Below, one piece after another: positions 37,418 to 49,653 of a stretch of DNA of 64,000 nt. Position numbers and translations under genes: made by a program. Under the pieces are notes generated by a model. The model did not search any database, was not told the origin of the DNA, and worked only from the letters and a program-made list of their open reading frames with translations. Every line of letters begins with the position of its first letter. The first letter of the stretch is position 1. Source of the stretch: Azolla caroliniana (taxonomy: Eukaryota; Plantae; Polypodiophyta); contig JBHGNT010000004.1 in NCBI GenBank assembly GCA_043228905.1, positions 11,284,001 through 11,348,000 of the forward strand, read 5' to 3'.

Positions 37418-37706
37418 TGTCATGATATGGCAAGACTCAAACCCATGACCTTATGCTACATGGGTCGAGCTCTTGACCATTAGATTATACATTGTAATAC
37501 GTAAAATATTATTTTTATGTTTTATTATAGAAAATTGATGTATATTCCAGATTTCTCTGGAACATTCTAGAAACTTCAGGAGTATTCCTTAGAACACTAT
37601 AAAAGGAGGCACACGGCATTATTTCGAACCAAATCGGTTCAACGCCAGTCTTAAGCCTCCTAGCTACTGTACATTTTCTTCACATAATATATATCTTTTC
37701 TTATCA

Positions 37707-37754
<48 letters not shown>

Positions 37755-40270
37755 CCTCCCTCTCACTCACTCTTTCCTTCTCTCGAGAGTTCTTCACCTC
37801 TCTTAGTACTAATACTTCTTTTAGTACTAATTCCTTCTCTGTCTTAGTGCTGTTCCTGACAGTTTGAACCGATTTTCCCTACCTTCTGTCTCTCTTATTT
37901 CCTACTAATCTCTTATTCCTCTTTTCTTTCATCCCATGGCCACTGTTAGCGCTGAAGAATATCAATCTGTTTTTTCAGAATTTCAATGCTTGAAAGAGAA
38001 GTTCCATGCTTTGGAACAAGAAAACCAACGGTTGCTAGGGGATCTTCAGCAAATCTCCTTAGAAAAGCAGCAAACGCAACAACAACATGGGGAACTTGCG
38101 TTACACGTGCAACAACTCGAAGCCACCATCGTAGCAATGCAACAACAAGGGCCCGGAACACAAGGGATTCATAAAGAACCCAAGATTGGCCTTCCCACAA
38201 AGTTCGATGGAACGCGATCGCAGTTTAGAGGGTTCCTTAACCAGGTACGATTAGTTATTCAAATGCATCCTTCCCGATATCCCACCGATGCATCACGAGT
38301 GGGTTTAGTAGGCACTTTGTTAAGTGGCTCAGCGTTGGCATGGTTCGCTCCACCATTAGAAAAGGAATCTCCGTTACTCAACAATTTTGAAGAGTTTCTA
38401 GGTGAGTTTAAAGCATGATTCGGAGATACTGACAGCATCAGGACCGCAATCAACAAAATTCGGTGATTACGCCAAGGTGACCGTCCAGCCTCTGCATACG
38501 CTGCAGATTTTCACCTACTCGCCGCCGATATCCCTTGGGATGATCAAGCGTTGATGGAGCAATTCCGTTATGGTTTACGCAACGACGTCAAGGATTTACT
38601 CTTGACCTTCCCCGAAGAACCAAAGTCCTTAACAGAAGCGATCAGTCGCGCGGTGAGATGTGACAACCGCCTCTTTGAGCGACGTTCGGAACGACAACTA
38701 CAAATGCCGAGGGCAAGATCAGAGCCCACCTACGCCTCAATGGTATCAAGACCTTTTCCGAGGGAGTCATATAATGCGCCTCCAGCGAATACTCCGACTC
38801 GGATGGAGATTGACACTACACGTCGTCGAGGGCCATTATCCGAAGAAGAAAAGCAGCGACACCGTACAAGTCGACTATGTCTTTATTGTGGTGGACCAGG
38901 ACATATTGCAATAAATTGCCCCCATAGGCCAAGAAGACAGGTAAACCAAATAGTCGCTAGTTCTAATTGTACTAAACCCGAGCCTATTTCAGTAGGGATA
39001 TTTGATAGTCCTAATAGTACTAATGGCCCAGATCTAGCGAACAGATTTGATGTCCTTAGTCAGTTAGAAGAAGAGTTAAACGACTATGTCCAGCCAAAAT
39101 AGGAGCCGTTTGGTTGGACAGCCCTAGATCTGTGCGGCCCATTAGTGGTTCCATTCCCTCTAAGCAAGTTAGTGATGTGTTCGTAGCCCAAGTAATAGTT
39201 AGTACTAAAAGTACCCCTCCAGTACATGTCCTAGCACTCCTAGATTCCGGAGCTAACTCTTGCTTTATGGATAAGAAATTTGCTCAAGCTCATAAGATAT
39301 CCCTAAGAAAACTCCAGTGTCCAGCCTCTGTAGTAGTCATTGATGGACGTCCCATTGCTTCCGGAAATATCATAGAAGAGTCAGAGCCTATTAATATTGT
39401 CCTAGATAACTTAGCATGTGTAGTATCATTTAATATTATTAGTATCCCAGAACATCCCATCATAGTTCTCAGAATATTATTAATATCCCAGAACATCCCA
39501 GAATATTATTAGTATCCCAGAACATCCCAGAACATTTAATATTATTAGTATCCCAGATACATCCGGTGTTTCATAGTTCTCTCCTCGAACCCTATCAAGA
39601 GAGCACCATCCCAGGACGTATTACACAGCCTCCACCCCCGATCGAGCTTGAAGATGGACCTGAGTACGAGGTTGCCGCCATCCTTGATTCCAAGCTTGTT
39701 CGCAACAAGCTCTACTATCTAGTCGATTGGCTAGGATATAGTCCCAGCGAGCGTACTTGGGAACTGATAGAGAATGTCACCAATGCTCGTGCTCTTCTTG
39801 AAGACTTCCATCGTCAATATCCAGACAAACCGGGTCCTCAATCCAAAACGACTCGTTACACTCGTCATTTTAAAGGGGGGATAGTGTCATGATATGGCAA
39901 GACTCGAAACCCATGACCTTATGCTATACATTGTAATACGTAGAATATTATTTTCATTTATGTTTTATTATAGAAAATTGATGTATATTCCAGATTTCTC
40001 TGGAACATTCTAGAAACTTCAGGAGTATTCCTTAGAACACTATAAAAGGAGGCACACGGCATTATTTCGAACCAAATCGGTTCAACGCCAGTCTTAAGCC
40101 TCCTAGCTACTGTACATTTTCTTCACATAATATATATCTTTTCTTATCATCACTCTCTCTCTCTCTCTCTCTCACTCACTCTTTCCTTCTCTTGAGAGTT
40201 CTTCACCTCTCTTAGTACTAATACTTCTTTTAGTACTAATTCCTTCTCTGTCTTAGTACTATTCCTGACA
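37418..40270 (+). mobile_element. Chromovirus B2, non-autonomous deletion derivative (gag, PR start, chromodomain)
   Basis: LTRs 37418-37861 and 39885-40270, TSD GCAGA/GCAGT, PPT AAAGGGGGGATAG; RT, RH and IN absent. Confidence 0.93.
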
Positions 40271-41616
40271 GCAGTAACGATAGCAGCAAGCTCCTTGTCG
40301 TAAATGGGATAATTGATTTCGGATGCCGTAAATTTTCGGGAATAGTAAGCCACTAGGTGCATTAGGTTGTTGTCGTCTGCTTGGGATAAGATGGCGCCAA
40401 TGGCAAAGTCAGGGGCATCGGTTTCGACTTGGAAGGGTTTTGTGGGGTCGGCATGTAGCAGCACCGTGGCAGTGATGAATGCATGTTTGAGTGAGTCGAA
40501 CGCATTTTGCGCCTCCGAGGTCCATAAAAATGGAGTGCCTTTATGGGTGAGAGTGATAAGAGGTTGTGCTAGGGTGGAAAACCCCTTGATGAAGCGACGG
40601 TCAAAATTCGCGAAGCCGAGGAAGGATTGCACATCTTTAAGTTGCCTTGGAGTCACCCACGCCTGAATGACAGAGACCTTCTTCATATCCATGGTGATGC
40701 CAGTGGGTGAGATGATGTAGCCCAGAAATTCGATCGAGGTACGGTCGAACTCGCATTTCTCGCCTTTGGCATAAAGGCCATGCTCGCGAAGTTTGGCAAG
40801 AACTAATCGGACTTGGCGAGTGTGCTCCTCCATGTTTGGCAAGAAAATGAGAATATCATCGAGGTAAATGACAACAAAAAGATCAAGATATTCCCGGAAT
40901 ATATCGTTCATCATATGTTGAAAAACTGCGGGAGCGTTAGTAAGACCAAAAGGCATGACCTTGTATTCGAAATGCCCATACTGTGTTCGAAATGCGGTTT
41001 TCCATTCATCCCCTGGCTTGATGCGTACTAGATTGTACGCTCCACGCAAATCAACTTTGGAGAAGACACGCGCAACTCGGAGCCGATCAAGGAGTTCGGG
41101 GATCAGAGGTAGCGGATAGCGGTTGCGCACAGTGAGTTTGTTGAGACCTCAGTAGTCGACGCATAAGCGTAGAGAGCCGTCCTTCTTCTTCACAAATAAC
41201 ATAGGGGCCCCGGCTAGTGACTTAGAAGGTTGAATAAATCCTTTCTCGAGGTTCTCATCGAGATACACACGAAGGGCCTTCAACTCTGGTGCAGACAACA
41301 CATATAGAGGACCAAAGGGTGGACCCGCACCTTCTTGAAGATCAATCGGACAGTCGTAGAGCCGGTGTTCAGGCAAACGATCAGCATTACATTTTTCAAA
41401 TACATCGGAGAAGTGTTGGTATTTTTTGGGAATAACATGGAGTGTGTTAGAAATGGCGCCACAAACAAACCCATCCTGGACCGATAATGGGGTAGTCAAT
41501 TCGAAGTCGACCGTCTCCGAAGGATAGGAAACTGAATTTACCTTCATACTTTTGCTCGAGCATCCTGGCTTGCTAAATGTGATCGAGCGGTTGCACCAAT
41601 CCACTATTGGATTGTG

Positions 41617-43613
41617 TGTTATAATGAACTTTCCTAGAGATACTTTAAATAGAGACGTCAAATCCATTAGTTTAAGTGACTTCCTAACTAGATCCTTTCT
41701 TCTACACACCTTTCCATTGAAATTGGTGTCCACAGACTCAAATAACTTGACAAAGATTAATATTTCACTACTCAACTCTTTTGGACACCACCTAAATCTA
41801 CGAGGGCCACAATCTTGACATAAACCCATGACACATTTATGACCGTAGAAGATAGCCTCAGATTCTCTCAAATACAATGTTGAATGTAAAAGACCACTCA
41901 TGGAAGAGATAACATGTTGTGATGATTTACAATGCTCTTGTAGGCTAGATCGATAAATTGGGCACTCACAAGTGCAGACTACATCCTCTAGGGAGGAGCT
42001 ATGGTGACGTAGTAGATTAACATAGTCCTTGAGAAAACCCATTTGTACATGGTAAATGCAACAACATGTGTATCGATCCTTTAAGCGTCTCACAAAGTGT
42101 GGCTTAAGAGACTCGAATATTCGTAGTTGAACTTTGATATTTGGATGCATTCGCATGAACCTAATAAATAAATCAACCTGCATAATAAAAAGGGAGTCTA
42201 GTGAGTATAAAAAATGTGCCCTGATGTAGCTAGTTAGATATAGTGTGCTAGTTGATTAGCTATGATTATACTCTTGTAGTAGCTAATTAGCTATTAAGAG
42301 TAGATAATTAGCTACTCTTAATAGCTAATTAGCTACCTTAATAGCTAATTAGCTCTTGACATAGCTAACTAGCTATTGCCAGTAGCTAATTAGCTATTAA
42401 GAGTAGCTAGTTAGCTATTGATAGTAGCTAATTAGCTACCATAGCTTAGTTTAGTATTGGCAATAACTATTTAACTATTACCAGTAGCTAGTTAGCTATA
42501 GTCATATTCTGAGGTAGCTAATTAGCTATTCTGGTAGCTAATTAGCTATGTGTCATATTCTGACATAGCTAATTAACTGATAATAGCTAAGTTAGCTATT
42601 GTCAATCGCTATTTAGCTATTACCAGTAGCTAGTTAGCTATGGTCATATTCTGAGATAGCTAATTACCTATTGTGGTAGCTAATTAGGTGATAATAGGTA
42701 AGTTAGCTATTGTCAATCGCTATTTTGCTATTACCAGTAGCTAGTTAGCTATGATCATATCCTGAGGTAGCTAACTAGCTAGCTAACTAACTAAGCTTAT
42801 AAATCAAAACAAAAGTTGAGATAAATGTAAATACTTGAGCTACATCAAGAAGATCAATGGGATGTTCCTCGTATTGACTCCTTCCAACACGTTTCCTACA
42901 TAAATCCTTCTTATTGGGTGAAACCCTACTCTCATTAGTCCAACATATGGTGATTATATCCTTCATTTCTGATGTTATGGGTGTGATTGGCTTACATCTT
43001 GTTGGTAGCTTTAGCAAACTAGTTCCTTCACCACTTGAAATTATCCGGATCATTGTATTGTACACAGTTTTTCTACTAACACCAATTACATTAGATAGCA
43101 CACTGATGTTAAGATCGTCAACATCACTATTAAGTAACATCATTAGACTAGACCTTTTTAAGACAAGATCATCTTCTGACCTGCTCATGGATACGAAACT
43201 ATTACGGAGATTATTTACTAGTACAGATGTTATGTTGGCATTAAGACCATCACAATCAACTAACTCCTTTATCGATGGATCATTTAATATTGCATAAAGT
43301 ACTACCTTCTTGTCCTCATTGCTAATGTGCTTGGTTTGAACATTGAAATAGTCTACAACCTTTCTCTCTATGATAGTAGTCTCATTGCTTCCATTCTCAG
43401 TGGTATTCAGAACTATATCGCAACCAATGCTATCCTTACCTTTAGTGAATGTGACTTTCGTATCCTTCAACAATTGACGATGTTTTTTTTTTTTTTTGCC
43501 CAATACTTTCGTATCGCTTGTTGTTTCCTGATAGCATCATCCCTGTCTTGAAGATCCATGAGGGGTATTGGTAAATACCCTCCTTCTCCTTCCATTTGGC
43601 TTGACATATTCAT
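41617..43613 (-). pseudogene. Cys-rich transposase-like gene (possibly Sola-like), two exons, 3' truncated
   Basis: Exon 43613-42835 (frameshift in an A run) and exon 42177-41617 joined by a GT-AG phase-0 intron ([13 protein letters not shown]); motifs [28 protein letters not shown]. Family assignment is from memory and uncertain. Confidence 0.55.
42200..42795. repeat. Intronic array of palindromic TAGCTAATTAGCTA-type units
   Basis: Many degenerate copies of AGCTAATTAGCT / AGCTAGTTAGCT. Confidence 0.9.
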
Positions 43614-43831
43614 TAGTAAATTTCCACAAAAAAAGACATGTAGCTAGTTACTAAACCACATGCAAACTGGTTATTCATAGGAGCGATCCCACCGTTGGTA
43701 AGTTTATTTTTGTTGTAGCGGAGTGATAGCTACTCAACCACTGTCGTCAACGAGCTAAGATGACTATGGGCAACAACAATACACAAAATTATACACAACA
43801 ATACACAAGATAATTAACAAACTAAACTATT

Positions 43832-44850
43832 ATTGCAATCCAAGACCGAACAGTGGCAGCAATTGTGTGTAGAATGACGGCAATGGAGGAGTGAACTCCG
43901 TCGGATCGAACAATGGTGGCAATCCAAGACCGAACAGTGACAGCAACTGAGTGTAGAATGGCGGTAATGGAGGAGTGAACTCCATCAGATCGAATAGTGG
44001 TAGCAATCCAAGACTGAACAGTGACGGCAATTGATTGTAGAATGGTGGCAATGGAGGAGTGAACTCCGTCAGATCGAACAGTGGCAGATGATGCTTGGAA
44101 CGCACAATGGCAAGAACTGAGTGTAGAATGGCAGCTGTCAGGAACAATACTAAGACAGAGAAGGAATTAGTACTAAAAGAAGTATTAGTACTAAGAGAGG
44201 TGAAGAACTCTCGAGAGAAGGAAAGAGTGAGTGAGAGGGAGGGAGAGAGAGAGAGAGAGAGAGTGATGATAAGAAAAGATATATATTATGTGAAGAAAAT
44301 GTACACTAGCTAGGAGGCTTAAGACTGGCGTTGAACCGATTTGGTTCGAAATAATGCCTTGTGCCTCCTTTTATAGTGTTCTAAGGAATACTCCTGAAGT
44401 TTCTAGAATGTTCCAGAGAAATCTGGAATATACATCAATTTTCTATAATAAAACATAAATGAAAATAATATTCTATGTATTACAATGTATAGTCTAATGG
44501 TCAAGAGCTCGACCCATGTAGTATAAGGTCATGGGTTCGAGTCTTACCATATCATGACAGCAGCAATGGAGGAGGAGTGAACTCCATCGGATCGAATAGT
44601 GGTAGCAATCCAGGACCGAACAATAGCGGCAACTGAGTGTAGAATGGCGGCAATGGAGGAGTGAACTCAATAGGAGAGAACAGTGGCAGATGATGCTTGG
44701 ATTGAACTGTGACGACAACTGACTGTAGAATGGCGGCAATGGAGGAGTGAACTCTGTGGAATCGAACAATGGCAGACGATACTATAAAATGGTGGCAATG
44801 GAGAAGTGGACTCAATAAGGTTTAGGAACAGTGGCAATAATCTAAGCCTG
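43832..44850. repeat. About 81-bp minisatellite, interrupted by a solo LTR
   Basis: Recurring GTAGAATGGCGGCAATGGAGGAGTGAACTCC...ATCGAACAGTGG unit, about 8 copies. Confidence 0.9.
44136..44559 (-). mobile_element. Solo LTR, family B (B2 subtype)
   Basis: TGTCA...TGACA, reverse complement of the B2 LTR, perfect TSD GCAGC. Confidence 0.96.
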
Positions 44851-45240
44851 AATAGCACAAAGTGATGGCCAACGTGATGTGGCAATGGATCATGCATAAT
44901 GGACCTAGGAATTCAGTATATAATTTTATGGTGCTCATTTATATGATTAAAACATTCTAATGTTTCATTCATGGTGCAAAAATAACTATTTATCATTGGT
45001 AGCTTTTCTCATAGCTAATTGTTTCCACTCGCATGCTTTCACCCCAGAACTATGGGAGACCTTAATTGTGGTAGGGCATGAGCTCTTCGGAGATTGTTCT
45101 TAAGAAAAGTAAAAAATTACTATAGTTATGGAGGAAGCTACCTCTGTTCACGGTCTCCTCTCAAGGATCGATCTGGAAATACCATCACCCCTAGTCCTTG
45201 CCCTGACCATCTCTTTTGTACATAGCATTTTTTGATAGGC

Positions 45241-47128
45241 GCGGCAACCTCGTACTCATGTCCATCTTCAAGCTCGATCGGGGGTGGAGGCTGTGTAATA
45301 CGTCCTGGGATGGTGCTTTCTTGACAGGGTTCGAGGAGAGAACTATGAAACACCGGATGTATCTGAAGTTGTGGAGGTAGATCAAGACGAAAAGCAACAT
45401 CATTAATCTTTCCAATAAGACGGACAGGACCTAATCGCCGATAATCCAACTTCTCGCATGGGCGAGTAGTCTTGATGTGTCGTCGGAGTAGCCATACCCG
45501 GTCTCCAATGTTAAAACTAGATGGGAGTCGATGACGATCCGCATAAACCTTGTGTGTTTGTTGAGCTTGTTGGAGATGAGTAGATAAATCCTCTTGTATC
45601 TTGCGTAACCTCTCCAAACGATCCTCTGCGCAAGGATTTGTGGACACCTCTGGGGTTTCAAGTACACACCACCGGGGGTGACATCCCGTATAAGCATAAA
45701 ATGGCGTAACTTTCGTGGATGCGTGGATAGAGTTGTTATAGGCAAATTCGGCGAAGTGGAGAATATCTGCCTAGTCATCCTGATGATAGCTGAGAAAGCA
45801 CCGCAGATACTGCTCCAGCGTTTGATTGGTTCGTTCGGCTTGGCCGTCGGTTTGTGGGTGGTAGCTAGAGGAGAGGTTACAAGTGACCTCGAGCATGTTA
45901 AAAAGGTGCTTCCAGAATTTTGACACGAACTAGGGTCCACGGTCGTTGATGATACTATCGGGAAGTCCATGATGCCGACATACTTCACGCATGACAATTT
46001 CGGCAGTGTCTTCACTGGAGATCTCCTTAGTACATGGCAAGAAATGAGCCATCTTCGTATATCGATCGACCACCGTTAGAATCGCATTGAACCCCTTAGA
46101 GACTGGAAGATCTGTGATGAAGTCTAGAGCAATGGATTGCCACGGCTTGCTTGGAATTGGTAATGGTTCTAATAAACCATATGGATGATGCCTTGGCATT
46201 TTCGCTCTGCAGCATGTATCACAAGTCCAAACAAAATACTCGACAAATTGTCGCATACAGGGCCACCAGAATGATCGTTGTACTAAATGTAGTGTTTTAG
46301 TACTACCAAAATGCCCAGCTATATATGTGTCATGACAGTTTTGTACTACTTGAAGGTGGCAAGAACCATTAGGAACATACAAAAGTTCTTTAAAGAAGAG
46401 TAATCCATCATGGTATTTGAATTGCCGATAGTCCGTATCTGGTGGTTGCGACTGTGAACACGACGCTCGAGAGGGATCAATTTGTGCTAGTATAGCTTGG
46501 GCAAACGCATCTGTCTTCAAGTCTTCGCGTATGGTATCGATAACGCGGGAATCCATGGGCATGTGAAAGATCAATGTTGCTTGTAGTCGTGCCGGTCCCA
46601 AGATGACTTGTTTTTGGTTATCGAAAGCTGGCTCGCCGGGACGGGGTGCTAGGTACGAACGTCGTGATAATGCATCGGCCTTCCCTTGGTGCTTCCCCGG
46701 ACGATATGTAATTTTGAAGTCGAAACACGTGAGGAAGTGGGCCCACCGAGCTTGATGTCGATTCAACACACGAGCATCCTGAAAGTAGGCAAGGTTCTTG
46801 TGGTCACTAAATACGGTGACCGGATAAGAGGATCCCTCCAGAAAATGCCTCCATTGCATAAAAGAATCCACTATTGCCAATAGCTCCTTATCATGAATTT
46901 TGTAGTTGATTTCGGCGGCGTCAAACTTGCGTGAGTGAAAAGCCACAGGATGTAGCTTCTCATCATTCCCCTATTGTGACAGAATGCTCCCCAATGCAAA
47001 ATCCGATGCATCAGCTTCGATAATAAATGGTTTTTCCGGATCGACAAGAGCTAGAATTGGAGCCGATGTAAATGCCTTTTTAAGACTCTCGAAAGCCACG
47101 TCCATTTCTTCAGACCAAATGAACGGAT
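45241..47128 (-). pseudogene. pol: Chromovirus B-family RH-IN-start of chromodomain fragment, no LTRs
   Basis: ORFs 45930..46946 and 45138..45647 are close homologs of B1/B2 pol. Confidence 0.92.
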
Positions 47129-49653
47129 GACATGTCTTCATGACCACATGCTCAGCTACATTCGAGAAGCCACGATGCCAAAGGAAGCATGAGAGAATCT
47201 AAGGAAGATTTTCATGGCCAACACAACTGCAAGAAAGATTCAACTTCACCAAGAGTTGAACAATGTCCAACAAAGGGACATGTCCATCACAAGCTACACC
47301 TTGAAGATCAAGGAGCTTTGTGATTTCCTCGGCTCAATAAGCGTCAATGTGGATGATCACGAGATGGTGCAAATATGCCTCAACGGCCTCGCACCACAGT
47401 TCGGCGCAATGAGAACCATCGTTCTAGCAAAGGGAGAATCCTTCCTCTTTTGTCAATCTTCAATCAATGCTATTGGTTGAAGAAAATCATGTTCGAACTT
47501 AGAGCAATGCCTCAGAAGTCCACATGCTCTACACACACTCGGATGGAGGAAGAGGACGCGACTAAGCAAGAAGAGGCAGATTTAGCCAAGTACGAGGCGG
47601 ACGAGCTCCTACCTATGAAAAAAACTCCCAATTTTGGCAAGAAAGTGGCAACAATCGAGGAACTTTCCGAAGAAGGGGGATCTTCCATGTGGTCCAAACC
47701 TACAAAACTCGATCGAATGGGTATATTGTGGAAAAATAGGCCACCATGAAGAAGGGTGTCGAAAGAAGAAGCATGAGTCGGCTTCCACAAGCCGACAACT
47801 AACCAATTACGCCACCAACTCCGACTATGAGGACCATGGAGGAATGTTCGTGATGAGACATACAGCAAATTCTATGTCTTCTTCTACTTCGACTAGTGCC
47901 TCCAGTCCGGAAGATGTATGGTTCGTCAACTCCAGTGCTTCGAACCATATGACATCTCATCAAGAATGGTTCTGAGACTTATGAGAGCCGGATCGACCCA
48001 GCTATGTTGAAACTGGAGACGACACCACTCATCATGTTCGGCATGTCGGAAATGCCCATTCGGGAAATAAGGTGGACAAACTTGTGTAAAAAATGTCTTG
48101 CATGTGCCCACCATAACAAAGAATTTGGTCTTGGTCAGCCAAATTGTGGAGCAAGGGATGCAAGTTCGATTCAATCAAGGTGGCTACTTCATCGAGAAGG
48201 AAGGCCGACTAATTGCTTGTGGTTGAAGGGAAGGATGAATGTTTATCCTCGAATCAAATGAGGTAAAATCAGCCATGTTTGCAAAGGGCCTCAAAGCCGA
48301 CACCGACATAGAGCTATGGCATAAAAAAATAGGCCATATCAATCTCAACAAACTCAAGGTGATGCAATCGAAAGGAGTCATTATTGAACTTCCAATGTTC
48401 AAAGAGAAAGAGATTGAAGGTGTATGTGAAGCATGCCAATTAGACAAGCAACATCGGCACCCGTTCCTGAAGGAGAGGACGTAATCCACTCGGATGTGGG
48501 GGACCGGCACAAACAGGGCCACATTCGGAGGATGTCGGTACTATGTTACGTTCATTGAAGAATTCTCTAGATACATATGGATCTTTCCCATGAGGATGAA
48601 GAGCGAAGTGTTTACACACTTCCAAAAATTCAAAAGCGAAGTCGAAAAGACAACTGGCCTCCATGTATGATGTCTTCGGTTGGACGGAGGAAAGGAATAC
48701 TTCTCTGATGCGTTCACGACATACCTTCAAGAAGAAGGAATTAGGCGAGAATTTTCCTTTCGACATACACCAAAACAAAATGGAGTGGCCAAATGCAAAA
48801 ATTGGCACATCCTTGAAGTAGCAAGGGCCATACGAAACGAGAAGCATATGCCCAAGTCATATTGGGCAAAAGCTACAAATATTGTCGTCTACCTCATGAA
48901 TCAGTGTACGACATCTAGAGTGCACGAACTTACCTCTCACAATAAGTACTATGGGAAGAAGTTGGATCTATCCTATGTAAGGATATTCGGCTCACTGGCA
49001 TACATGCACATCCTTGACGGAAAATGGAAAAAACTAGATCCCAAGCCCGACAAGTGTATCCTCGTAGGATACTCATTGGAACAAAAGGAGTAACCAAATG
49101 CTTCAACCCCTCTACTCAGAAGGTTCACGTAAGTCGGGACGTCGACTTTGACGAATCAACATCATGGTACAAACTTGAGCCGACTCCTCTCGAACCATTT
49201 CCAGTCGATCCGAACTTGGACAACCAGGAGATTGAAGAAGAACATCAATTGAGGCATATGTTCAAATAAAGTCCGATCACAACCAGGCTCAGTGACCCAC
49301 AAGAGCCCTTGAGCGATCAGATCACATCTCGGACGAGTCCAAAGATGGACAAAGGGAAAGCCAAAATGCCGGAATATGAAGACAATCAATTCGACGACAA
49401 CGAAACGACTCACTCAATCAACAATGAGTTTAGTGGCTTTGATGTGCCTCTTATGAGGTCACCCAAATTTAATCTAGTTAGCTGATTCGGCTACAACGAC
49501 TATATGGCATATCACTATGCCTTTATGATGAAGGTGGCGACAATTTGTGAAGCGGAGAATTTTTCTGAGGCAACCAAGGATCCATGATGGGTCGAAGCAA
49601 TGAACAAAGAGATGCGGGCACTATGCAAGAACAAGACATGGGATCTCATTCCC
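47129..49653 (+). pseudogene. Copia X3 gag-PR-IN-RT start, heavily decayed
   Basis: Homologous to X1 8571-10546 and retains the IN-RT linker deleted in X1 (KLDPKPDKCILVGYS, AMNKEMRAL...TWDL). Confidence 0.9.

Noticed and set aside
41149-42183. 344-aa novel fusion protein
   Set aside because: Chance in-frame junction between a transposase-like exon and A2 pol; the ATG lies in the intron acceptor
37413-44564. GCAG target preference for family B
   Set aside because: Only two of three insertions share it (B1 TSD is TTTGA); too few to support
43832-44850. CRISPR-like repeat array
   Set aside because: Whole units repeat in tandem without unique spacers; no cas genes; eukaryotic TE context
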